Source: Negaprion brevirostris (lineage: Eukaryota). Taken from it: a DNA stretch of 64,000 bases. Of the stretch, positions 26,490 to 37,467 are shown piece after piece. Position 1 is the first letter of the stretch, and each line of letters starts with the position of its first letter. The position numbers and the translations under genes are program-made. The stretch spans positions 17,396,117-17,460,116 of the forward strand of contig JARDVH010000160.1 of the NCBI GenBank assembly GCA_030324005.1. Reading direction: 5' to 3'. The notes under the pieces are model-generated. The model was not told the origin of the DNA. It saw nothing but the letters and a program-made list of their open reading frames with translations, and ran no database searches.

Positions 26490-27174
26490 CTAATGCAAAA
26501 GTAAAAGGAGAATTTGATTAGATGCCAATGAAATATCAATGATACGTACAGTAGGCCTTAACTTCTTCAGATAGGAATTATACTTGGTGCTACCAATAGT
26601 AGTTGGTTGAGAGGCAGCACAAATTGTGGGAAATAAGTCTACAATACAATACTTTTACTACAGAAACAGTCTGAATTTTCTTGGCCTCTTGGAGATGAGG
26701 GGGAATGGTAGGGGGCTGTATTAGATTGGCTGCCTGATGTGTTCCTACCTCCAGTGTCTCTCTGGGGTGAACTGGGAACTGTGATTGCTGTCCATGGAGG
26801 CAGGGGCCAATTACTGCAGTTGAGGCACTGCCTAGGGGTCTATGTCATTAGAGTGGCCCTCCCACTACTGGGTGCAGAGGTTTCCAGATAATTTGAGATG
26901 GTTTCCTGGTGGCCGGCCAGGGGACCATTGGACTGGGAGGCTCAATGACAGGGCAGGAAGGGGTTGGAGTGGTGAAAAGCCGCAGTCTTTTCAGTGAATA
27001 ATTCCGCAGAGTGATTTTCCGTCAACCTATGGACTTCAGGCCTCTTTAATATATAACTTCAATGCAGGTGGCAGAGATGCCCTTGTTCTTAACCATCTGC
27101 CTCTCCTGGTGAACCTGCTGACCTGACATCTCTGTTGGTCTTCTGGTTGGGCCTGTTGCAATGTGAAGATGCCA

Positions 27175-27305
27175 ACGCTGGACTGGGGTAAACACAGTAA
27201 GAAGTCTCACAACACCAGGTTAAAGTCTAATAGGTTTATTTGGTAGTAAATGCCACTAGCTTTCGGAATGCTGTTCCTTCATCAGGTCAGTGGAGAGTTC
27301 TTCTC
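27175..27305 (-). mobile_element. Penelope-derived pLTR carrying a minimal hammerhead motif
   Basis: The minus strand reads CTGATGA-A-GGAA-cagca-TTCC-GAAA-GCTA-gtgg, then aataaa and ctttaacctggtgttgtgagacttcttactg. Same family as 29557-29823. Confidence 0.75.
27253..27293 (-). ncRNA. Candidate minimal hammerhead ribozyme
   Basis: Intact CUGAUGA and GAAA boxes, a 4-bp stem II, a CUA triplet and CCAC/GUGG stem I. There is a 4-nt insertion before the core. Confidence 0.55.
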
Positions 27306-27405
27306 NNNNNNNNNNNNNNNNNNNNNNNNNNNNNNNNNNNNNNNNNNNNNNNNNNNNNNNNNNNNNNNNNNNNNNNNNNNNNNNNNNNNNNNNNNNNNNN
27401 NNNNN

Positions 27406-27506
27406 ACTCACATACACACAGGGCAGGGTAGGTGTAGGAGGATGCGGCGGCGCGGGCTCGTTGGGCCGAAGGGCCTGTTTCTTGTGCTGGGCTGTTCTTT
27501 GTTCCA
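27406..27506 (+). mobile_element. CR1 LINE extreme 3' tail
   Basis: gggccgaagggcctgtttcttgtgctgggctgttctttgttc. Confidence 0.8.
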
Positions 27507-27509
27507 TTT

Positions 27510-28925
27510 ATTTCCAAATGTGAGTAAATCCTGTTTCTCAGAATCTTTTACAATAATTTCCCTATCACTGATGTAAGACTCACCGGTCTATTATTTCCTG
27601 GATTATCCCTGCTGCCCTTCTTAAACAAGGAAACATTTGCTCTCCTTCAGTCTTCTGGAACTTCACCTGTAACCAATGAGGATACAAAGCTTTCTGTCAA
27701 AGGCCTCAGCAATTTCCACCCTTGCCTCCCTCAGTATTCTGGGGCAGATCCCATCAGGTTCTGGGGACTTATCTACTTTCAGACACCCAAAACCTCCTCC
27801 TTTTTGATATTGACATGACCCAGAATATCTACACACCCTACCCTAGGCTCCTCGTCCATCAAGACCCTCTCTTTGGTTTGTACTGAGGCAAAGTATTCCT
27901 CACCTATTCCTTTGGTTCCAAGCATAGATTCTCTCCACCATCCTTGAATGTACCAACCCTTTCCCTGGTTACCCTTTTGTTCTTTTGCATACGTATAAAA
28001 TGCCTTCGGATTTTGCTTATTCCTGTTTGCCGAGGGCTTTCCATGACCCCTTTTAGCCCCTCCTAACTCCTTTCTTAAGTTCCTTCCTACGTTCCTTATA
28101 TTCTTCAAGGATTTCATCTATCCTAAGCCTTTTAAACCTTATGAAGGCTTACTTTTTCTTGCTGACAAGGCTCATAATATCCCTCATTATCCAGGAGCCC
28201 TGATACTTGCCATTCTTAACCTTCATCCTCACAGGTCCTGAATTCCCACCAACTGACATTTGAAAGGCTCCTACATGTCAAATGTTGATTTGCCCTCAAA
28301 CAACCTCCCCCCAGTTACACTCTCCAGATCCTGTCTAATGCTGTTGTAGTTCTCCCCCAGTTTAACACCTTTGCCCAAAGACCACCCTTGTCCTTATCCA
28401 TTTAAAACTTGCAGAATTATGATCGCTGTTCCCGAAATGCTCTCCTACTGAAACTTCAATCACCTGGCCCGGCTCATTCCCCACTACCAGGCCCGATACA
28501 GCTCCTTCCCAAGTCGGGCTATTTACACACTGTTTCAAGAAATCCTCCTGGACACTCCTTCCAAACTCTGCCCCATCCACGCCCCTAGCAGTAAGTGAAT
28601 CCCAGTCAATATCAGGGAAAGTTAAAATCACCCACCACAACAACCCTGTTGTTTTTGCATCTTTCCAAATTCCATCTGCGTATCTGCTCTTTTATTTCCC
28701 GCTGGCTGTTGGGAGGCCTGTAATAAACATTATGACTGCACCCTCTATCCTTACTGCCTCGCTGCCTGAACCCTCCGATGTGTCCTCCCTCAGTACAGCT
28801 GTGATATTCTCCTTGACTAGTGATGCAACTCCCCCACCCCTTTTCCATCCCTCTCTATCCTGCCTGAAGCATCTAAATCCTGGAAGGTTTAGCTGCCAAT
28901 CCTGTCCATCTCTCAACCAAATCTC
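27510..28925 (-). mobile_element. CR1 LINE ORF2 fragment (APE endonuclease and linker), decayed
   Basis: Minus-strand peptides DWQLNLPGFRCFRQDREGWKRGGGVASLVKE, YYRPPNS, VVVGDFNFP, EHFGNSDHNS and KQNPKAFYTY. Confidence 0.95.
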
Positions 28926-28944
28926 TGGAACAGCAACCTTCCGA

Positions 28945-29242
28945 ATCAGACATTAAACCGAGCCCTTATCTACCATCCCGGGGGTGGAAAAGATTTCATT
29001 GCACCGATCCAAGAGGAACAGGGGAGTTCTCCCTCCTCCCCCGTGTCCTGACCCTTAATCAACAGCTGAAATTAGCATGTTATGTGGTCATTCTCACATT
29101 GCTACTTGTTGGAACTTGCTATGCATAAATTTACATTTCTTACATTACCATAGTAACTACTCTACAGACGGACGTCATTGGTTGTAAAGCTTGTTGACAC
29201 ATCATGAGGTTGTGAAAGGTACTTTATTAATGCAGCTCTTTC
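28945..29242 (+). mobile_element. DeuSINE (SacSINE1/AmnSINE1-like) body and tail
   Basis: agacattaaaccgag..., aacaggggagttctcc...gtgtcctg and the tail catgaggttgtgaaaggtactttattaatgcag resemble the Deu-domain consensus as I recall it. Confidence 0.75.
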
Positions 29243-29289
29243 GATTTTCTGCTTATCTCCATTTTTTTATATCGGTATTTTGTCTATGT

Positions 29290-29552
29290 TCATGGGATGT
29301 GAGTGGTGCTGGCTGAGTCAGCATTCATTGTCCATCCCTAATTGCCTTTGAGAAGATAGTGTTGAGTTGCCTTCTTGATTCACTACAGTTTGTGTGGTGT
29401 AGGCACACCCACAGTGCTGGTAGGAAGGGAGTTCCAGGACCTTGACCACGTGGCAGTGAAGGAACGGTGATATATTTCCAAGTCGGGCTGGTGTTTTTCT
29501 TCAAGGGACTTTCAAGAGGCAGAGATTCCTCCACATCTGCTGCCCTTCTCCT
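29290..29552 (-). mobile_element. LINE 3' end (CR1/L2-like)
   Basis: Plus strand catgggatgtgag...cagcattcattgtccatccctaattgcc...ggagttccagga. The same tail occurs at 13752, 33741, 36765 and 62975. Confidence 0.75.
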
Positions 29553-29556
29553 AGAA

Positions 29557-29823
29557 GTTTATTTGATATAAACCCACAAGCTTTCGGAAACGCTGTTCCT
29601 TCGTCAGATGTGTGGAAAGTATGTGGGATTTAATGGAATTGTGGGTTATAGAAAGGCCTGGTAGGTAGGGATATGATTGGCGCAACTTGTGGGTCAAGTT
29701 TCTGCTGTAGTGTTCTATGTTCTATGTTCTACCTGACAAAGGAACAGCGTTTCCAAAAGCTTGTGGGTTTACTATCAAATAAACCTGTTGCACTTTAACC
29801 TGGTGTTGTGAGACTTCTTACTG
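29557..29823. mobile_element. Inverted pair of Penelope-derived hammerhead pLTRs enclosing a CR1 tail
   Basis: 29557-29607 is the near reverse complement of 29733-29784. Between them, 29620-29731 is a CR1 3' end with (tgttcta)3. Confidence 0.8.
29574..29615 (-). ncRNA. Candidate minimal hammerhead ribozyme with intact core
   Basis: Minus strand ccacacat-CTGACGA-A-GGAA-cagcgt-TTCC-GAAA-GCTT-gtgg. Confidence 0.55.
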
Positions 29824-30813
29824 GACCTGTTGCCTCAGGAACGCATCTGCTATCCTCAACTGGACAGCAAGCACACAGGAGGCCAATTAGGAGGCCCGTG
29901 GGCCCACCGCTCGTATGAATCCAATGTTGGAGTTCCAATGCCCCCTGAAAATCCCAGCCCAATGAGCCAATTTTCCCATTTCTAGCATGCATTGAATTAT
30001 TAAAAATCTACCAAGATGCTAACAATCAAAATCGACCTTTTTGCTAACTTTCTGTCTTCTCTTGTGGAAGTGCTGACTCCTACTGGGTTGGGATTCCATT
30101 GGCATCAGTTGCCTTTCAGACCTTTCTTCAGTGGACATTCTTCATGTATGAGGCTGCACAGTGTTGGGAGATTATTCAGCTGAACGGACATCACAGCCGA
30201 GGCTAATACAATCCTCACCCAACATTTACGTTGGCTAGCAGTCATTGGGAATCCCGCCTAAATGTTCTCCACCTAGCTCTGAAGTGGCAAAGACAATTAT
30301 TGAGTCTTGGCAGCTGCTCAAGTAGGGATGAAGAAAACAAATGTGTATAGATTGGGACTGTTGGCTCTATATGTTTCACCTGTACACTGCTTCCAGAAAC
30401 AGTGTACTATGGATCCAAGAGGGATTAGTATTCCATCACAGTGAAAAGCTGTATTGGAAAATACAGATACCAATTCTCGTACAGATGAACAATTGTACCA
30501 AAGAACAAAATCCTAGAATACATCCTCAGTAAGTATTCAATGCCTTTGGCACTTAATGAAAAGGTAAAAATTTACTTAAAATAAAAGGTTAAAGCTATCT
30601 TAAGACTGTATCCTTCATTACTTAGCTGTTTCCCTCATTTCTCTGCCTATCTTTGTCACATATTTTATCCTGAGTTAGAATCCAGATCTGTACCCAAAAC
30701 CATGTGCACGTGTAGTTCTGCACATGCTTGCCAGGAAGTTAGGCGTAACAAATTGATCAGTGTTAACGAGCACATCAGCTTTTTTCCCCCCCAGCCTTTA
30801 AGGAATTATAACA

Positions 30814-30937
30814 GGTGGGATTTTCCGGCCGCGCTCACCCCAAGACCGGAAAATCTCACTCCGAGTCAATGGACCTTTGCAAGGTCCTGTCCCGCCTGCT
30901 ACAATTCCTACGGCAGACAGGATGGGAAAATTCCACT
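30814..30937. mobile_element. MITE (20806 family)
   Basis: ggtgggattttcc...gtcaatggacctttgcaaggtcc...gggaaaattccac. Confidence 0.75.
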
Positions 30938-31080
30938 CTTAGCCTCTGTTCAATAATTCCAAATAGCAGCTTGCCTGATATAGAAACCTCCCCAGCTTGT
31001 TACTTCACCAGGTAACACAAATAGAAATCCACTGGGTGGCAAGACCAACAAGTGGGGTGTCACTATCTGAGGATGACTAA

Positions 31081-31214
31081 GGCCAGAATTCTACAACCAC
31101 GTCTGCGGCTGGGATTCTCCGGCCCAGCTGCTGTGAATGGAGATTTGGCTGAGTACCAAGTACATCATTTTCACTGGGAGCAGAGGTGGGGCGTACGATA
31201 TCAGCATATTCCAG
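31081..31214. mobile_element. MITE (11599 family, opposite orientation)
   Basis: ggccagaattcta...gctgtgaatggagatttggctgag. Confidence 0.7.
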
Positions 31215-31659
31215 TTTAACACAATGCTGAACTTTGAAAACAGCTGCTTAATTTGACATTACCTACAAACACACTTATCTAATTCTGTGGGTAAAATGCA
31301 GCATTAGGGCAGTAGATACATTTACAAACCTGTGTTGAGGTGGATAGCCCTCTGCCATAATCATAAAAATAATTGGTTTTCTATTAGGTCTGATGATGAA
31401 GACTCGAACACGATTGTAAGACTATATCAGAAAGTGCAGATAAATTGGATCGATGAAAAAGTATTAGAATACATCCTTAATAAATATGTCAATGCCTTTA
31501 AAATGTAACATGTATTTTTACTGAAAATATTAAACTGAATGAGATCACAAGTGCAAACCCCAAAATGCACGTTTTATGTTATAAAGTCAGTCAAAAAAGG
31601 TCAGTTCGAAAAGTGCACTATATCAGTGAGCTATCCGAAGTACAAAATAATGTCAATAT

Positions 31660-31957
31660 TCATAGAATCCCAGTGCAGAAGGAGGCTCATCGAGCCTGCA
31701 CCAACAACACTCCCACCCAGGCTCTATCCCCATAACACCATATATTTACCATGCTGGCCACCCTAACACTAAGGGGCAATTTAACACAGCCAGTCAACCT
31801 AATTTACACCTTAGGGGGAAATTGGAGCACCCGGAGGAAGTCCACACAGGCACAGGGAGAGTGTACAAACTCCACACAGTCACCCAAGGCCAGAATTCAA
31901 CCCCGGTCTCTGGCGCTGTGAGGCAGCAATGCTAACCACTGTGTCATCGTGTCACCC
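31660..31957 (-). mobile_element. HE1-type SINE
   Basis: Plus strand catagaatccc...gctgtgaggcagcaatgctaaccactgtg, the reverse complement of the SINE head and tail. Confidence 0.92.
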
Positions 31958-32432
31958 ATATATGCTATTGGCTTTCCATTAGGTTTGATGATGAAGACTA
32001 GAACATGAATGTAAGACTATATCAGAAAATACAGAGAGCAATGTCATCATACATGGTGCAAGAACAAAAAAAAGCCCACTTGTTTTGTCAAGCTTACCTC
32101 CTTTTCAAGACAAACGGGTAAACTTTAATCTCATGAAAATTGGAGTAGAGTAATATCAAACCTTGGAACTGGAAAAGTGCAAATTTTGAGGCAGAAATGG
32201 CAATATCAGTGAGCATGCAAGCATGAATGGTCCAGAGATTATTGCACAATACCTTATTTTCTAGACCTTGGTCGCATCACCAAGGTTTGCAGTACAACTT
32301 GGTGCTTACACACGATGTGACCTTGGGCTGCAAAACACGAATTGTGCAATTAATCGCACAGCCTTTCCTCAGATAGAAATCATGCCACGGCTTTCTTGAC
32401 CAATTTTAAGTGAGAAGGTGCTCAAGACATAA

Positions 32433-32556
32433 GGCCGGAATTCTTCAACCTTCTCGCGGCTGGGGCTCTCCAGTCCCGCTGCAGCGAACGGAGCGGCAAG
32501 TTCTCTGTTCTCACTAACAGTAGTGGCGAGGTGCACAAGACGGGAAAATTCTGGTC
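32433..32556. mobile_element. MITE (11599 family)
   Basis: taa|ggccggaattctt ... gggaaaattctggtc|tta. Confidence 0.75.
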
Positions 32557-33740
32557 TTAGTCCTTGAGTCACCCTCTCATCCTCTGTATCTTGATTTATT
32601 TCATTAAGCCATGCATTGTTTTCGAAACCTTTGTGTCTGATCGAAGAAGTCAAGTGCACTGGAAAGACATAGTAATTATCTATAATCAATTCATCACTTT
32701 CAATTTGGCATTGTTTAATTAAAATTAGGTTATTAAGCTTATATAAATTGGCAATCTTTTTGCTATATGTATTTTTGGCTAATTCCAAGCAAAGGTTTGA
32801 TATTAAAATGTAGATACCACTGGGGAAGGTGCAGAGTATATACATGAATATCAAAGCAAGGCACAATATTGCTCATTGTTACTCTCAAATCAGCCCAGAG
32901 GAAGAAGTGAAAGTCTCTTTCTGATGGTAGTTAAAGGTCTGGAATGAAATGAGTTTGCAAAATCTCGGGTAGTTCCTCATGGGCGCAGAACCACAGCCTA
33001 ACATTGCTCACAACTCAATATTAATTGGACATTCTCATCCAGAAATGCCAGAGGGTGGTTAATATAAACGAAGAAACTCTCACATGAAGTGAAGTTAAGG
33101 ATTCTGTTCTGGGTTTGAGTTTAACAGTGAAACATACTTTGCAGGATCACAGAGGGAATTCTACACTGCTGATAACAATTGTGACAATTGATGTTGGAGT
33201 GAATGCTGTTGACACTGTCAGCAATAAGCACTCCTGTGGGATGTGACTTTTCATAGAGTGAACTGCATGCAGATAAATTCCCTCTGCGACATCAACCCTG
33301 ATGATGAATATAAAGCCAAGCAAAGTTATTGGAAGCAGCATATTTCTGCTTTTTTTCATACAAAATATGTCTCATTACATTGTATTTACACGTATTCAGA
33401 GTTGACAATGTCAAGTTTATTTTTGAAATTATTCCGGTTAATTGCTAGCCTTTTTACTTTCCTACAGCAGTTAGTATTGTGCAACATTTCAATGGTTCTG
33501 TTTTTTGCCTTTTCACAAAAATGTAAGGACTAAGTTCTCTCCGAAAGCTACCTCTGGATTTACAGAATCAATGCTACCTGTTGGCGAACAGGCTTTAGTT
33601 GATGGCTCACTCTGAGGCTCTGAGAACTGTATGCCAAGGAAGTCCTTGGCTTAAAGGCTGCTCAGTGCTCTGTCAAGAAAGTTAGTAATAAAATTCCCAA
33701 CATTGTCTGTTCAGGAGGAGGAAAGTGACCATGGTTTTCC

Positions 33741-34093
33741 TTTTTTTTAATTCATTCGTGGGACATGGGCATCGCTGGCTGGCTAACATTTATTGCCCAC
33801 TCCTAGTTACCCAAGGGCAGTTGAGAGTCAACCGCATTACTGTGGCACATGTAGGCCAGACCAGGTAAGGACAGCAGATTTCCTTCCCTAAAGGACAATA
33901 GTGAACCAGATGGCTTTTTCCAACAATTGACAATGGTTTCATGGTCATCAGTAGATTCTTAATCCCAAATATTTTTTATTGAATTCGAATTCCAACATAT
34001 GCCATCGTGGGATTTGAACCCCAGACCCCAGAACATTTGCTGAGTTTCTGGATTAATATTCTAGCGATAATACCACTAGGCCATCGCCTCCCC
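33741..34093 (-). mobile_element. tRNA-derived SINE with LINE-derived tail (second family)
   Basis: The minus-strand head gggaggcgatggcctagtggta has a B box gggttcaaatccc. The tail is shared with 29290-29552 and ends in an A-rich run. Confidence 0.85.
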
Positions 34094-34119
34094 AATATTC
34101 AGTGACGTCCTCTGGGAAT

Positions 34120-34440
34120 TCACTGGCATGATACCAGGGATGAAGAATTGTAGATATGAGGAGCGACCTTAGATACTGGAATTATTTTTGCTGGGCCAGA
34201 GGAATCTAAGAGCAGAATAAATAGCATCTTTTAAAATGACTTAAGGGTTATGATAAAGTGACAGCGGAAAGACTATTTCCTCTGAATTAGCATGCCAATT
34301 CAATAAAGATGGGTCATCAATTTAAAATGACCACTAAGAGAATAAAAATAATGATTAGGCACATTCTGTTTATAACATAGTTGGTAGAGCAACCACTGTG
34401 CCACGGGGAATGGTTGAAGCAGAACCAATTAAGAGCAGAG
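34120..34440 (+). mobile_element. Old CR1 fragment
   Basis: Encodes MIPGMKNCRYEER, followed by a GIIFAG/LFPL-like decayed CR1 ORF2 end. Confidence 0.6.
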
Positions 34441-34620
34441 CAAACAAATATTTGGATTAGAGGAAATACAGGGTGATCGAGGAAAAGATGCATACTTGTG
34501 GGATTAGTTTTGGATTTCTGGAATAAAGAGTTGGCACAGTGATGATGCTCCTTCTGTGCTGTAAGGTTATATAAGGTTGTAGGCGAGGATAGACTTGTCC
34601 TGGCCCACAAAGTTAAATTA

Positions 34621-34969
34621 TGGCATGGTGGCCTTGTGACTAGCATTGCTGCCTCACAGCACCAGAGATCCGGCTTCAATTCTGGCCTCAGGTCACTGTC
34701 TGTGTGAAATTTGTACATTCTGTCCGTGTCTGTGTGGGTTTTCTCTGGGTGCTTCGGTTTCCTTCCACGGTCCAAAGATGTGCAGGTTAGGTGGATTGGC
34801 CATGGTAAAATTGTCTCAAGAAATGTAAGATAGGAGGATTAGTGGGGTAAATACATGGGGTAACAAGGATAGAGCGGGAGGGAGGGCCTGGATAAGATAC
34901 TCTGTGAGAGAATCGGTGCAGGCTTGATGGGCGAAATGGCCTCCTTCTGAACTGTAAGGATTCTATGAT
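34621..34969 (+). mobile_element. HE1-type SINE
   Basis: tagcattgctgcctcacagcacc...tccaaagatgtgcaggttagg...gattctatga. Confidence 0.92.
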
Positions 34970-36034
34970 CACTTTATGATGCTCATTGTCAAGGTTCAGA
35001 TCTGAAAATAGTCACTTGAGTGAAGTTTGAAGAGGTGTCATGACCAAATCCTAGTGTAAGCCATTGCCTTTAGGAAAGTAATGTGTCGGAGAAAGTTTTT
35101 AAAAGCACAAATATGGAGCGATACATTTTCTCACATAAAACAGAACTAAGCAACCAAAATAACACCAATAATTAAATGAAATGCTGAAATGCACAGTGGG
35201 CAGAAGCAGTGATAAATTAAGTGAAAAAAAATACAATTTATTTGACAACAACTGAGATCTTTCTTACCAGGCAACCCTGCAGACCAATTGTATAATCCAA
35301 AAAGGAATCAAAATTGGGACTTGCTTTCTAAATTATGATCTGGAGACTGAGTTCCTCTTTGAGTTTTGGGCTTTTAAATGGACATCACAGACTGCAAATG
35401 GAGAACCCTATGAGGTTTAAAATGTTAGACACTCTGATGATAGGGATCCATCAGTACCCCAGCATTCCTCATGACTGCCAAGTTTACTATGGGCGCAGTA
35501 TCTTTGGGAATGTTGGAAGGAGGACGCAAAGGCTACAATAGGAGATCAGAAAATCCCTTTGGAGATTCCACCCATCCTGTTCAAGTCAATTCAGCAGTGT
35601 GTTCAATCAACGCATGACACAATGTGCTGTAAAGTATTTCATTTTAACATGCTGAAAACTGTGGCTGGATTTAACCAGCGTGAGCAGATGGATTAGGTAG
35701 GACTTAATCTCACATCAAAAAGACCACAAATACGATTTACAAAAATAACAGGGCAACCAGATCCACTGAATGATTGGAGTAATTAGAATAACTAGTTACA
35801 TAACAATTGGTAGGTATTGGTAGTATTCCACACAGATCTGATTTTAGACAGCAGTTAGATTGGAATTTTATAAGGCCTGTCTTATGAAGTCTCTTGCATT
35901 GCTGGCAGGCCAGAGTTATACTCTTAACTGCGTATCCACCCATGTCACGTCACAATCAGCTGGAAAGGAGTTCTGCACATAGGTGAATGGATGTGGATCA
36001 CGAGGTCTGTTTTGTCAGTGGCTAATTTTTCAAT

Positions 36035-36560
36035 GATTTGATTTGATTTATTGTTGTCACGTATTAGTATACAGTGAAAAGTATTGTTTCTTGCGCGTTA
36101 TACAGATATAACATATGGTACATAGAGAAGGAACGGAGAGGGTGCAGAATGCAGTCATAGCTATGGTATAGAGAAAGATCAACTTAATATAAGGCAGGTC
36201 CATTCAAAAGTATGATGGCTGCAGGGAAGAAGTTGTTCTTGAGTCGGTTGATAAGTGACCTCTGACTTTTGTATCTTTTTCCCAATGGAAGAAGATGGGT
36301 GAGAATATGTCCGGGTTGCATGGGGTCCTTGATTATGCGGACTGCTTTTCTGAGGCAGGGAGAAGTATAGACAGAGTCAATGGATGGAAGGCTGGTTTGC
36401 GTAATGGACTGGGCTTTGTTCACAATGCTTTGTAGTTTCTTGCAGTCTTGGTCAGAGCAAGAGCTGTGATGCATAGGGAGATGATGTTTTCTATGGTGCA
36501 TCTGTAAACATTGGTGAAAGTCGTAGTGGACATGAAAATGTACCTCAGGGGAATATCTCT
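36035..36560 (-). mobile_element. Rex1/Babar-type LINE 3' end
   Basis: KKLQSIVNKAQSITQTSLPSIDSVYTSPCLRKAVRIIKDP..HLLPLGKRYKS..NRLKNNFFPAAIILLN, with a (tttga)n tail. Confidence 0.9.
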
Positions 36561-37467
36561 TCCATACAAAGATCCCATGCATTCCAATAGGTTGCCCGGG
36601 TGCTGATTTTGATCTTTCATCTTGCCAAAGTTGCAATGAACTTGAACCAATGTGAGACAATCTCCTGCCAGTGTTTTACATTGTTGGACATGAGTAATCC
36701 CTGGTATCACATCAAGATCTGACACTGATGTTATATTGCTAATCACATGCTTCATTAATTCAATGGATGTTAGTTTCACTGGCCAGCAGTTATTGCCCAT
36801 CCCTGATTGCTCCTAAGAAGATGGTGATGAGCTGTGTTCTTGAACAACGGCAGTCTCTGAGCTGCAGGTATACCCATAGTGCTGTTGGGGAGAGACTTCC
36901 AGGATTTTGAATCAGTGACAGGGCAACCAGATCCACTGAATGATTGGAGTAATTAGAATAACTAGTTACATAACAATTGGTAGGTATTGGTAGTNNNNNN
37001 NNNNNNNNNNNNNNNNNNNNNNNNNNNNNNNNNNNNNNNNNNNNNNNNNNNNNNNNNNNNNNNNNNNNNNNNNNNNNNNNNNNNNNNNNNNNNNNNNNNN
37101 NNNNNNNNNNNNNNNNNNNNNNNNNNNNNNNNNNNNNNNNNNNNNNNNNNNNNNNNNNNNNNNNNNNNNNNNNNNNNNNNNNNNNNNNNNNNNNNNNNNN
37201 NNNNNNNNNNNNNNNNNNNNNNNNNNNNNNNNNNNNNNNNNNNNNNNNNNNNNNNNNNNNNNNNNNNNNNNNNNNNNNNNNNNNNNNNNNNNNNNNNNNN
37301 NNNNNNNNNNNNNNNNNNNNNNNNNNNNNNNNNNNNNNNNNNNNNNNNNNNNNNNNNNNNNNNNNNNNNNNNNNNNNNNNNNNNNNNNNNNNNNNNNNNN
37401 NNNNNNNNNNNNNNNNNNNNNNNNNNNNNNNNNNNNNNNNNNNNNNNNNNNNNNNNNNNNNNNNNNA

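Noticed and set aside
31390-31440. C/D snoRNA or hammerhead reading of ctgatgatgaagactcgaac
   Set aside because: There is no CTGA D box downstream, no stem II and no GAAA box.
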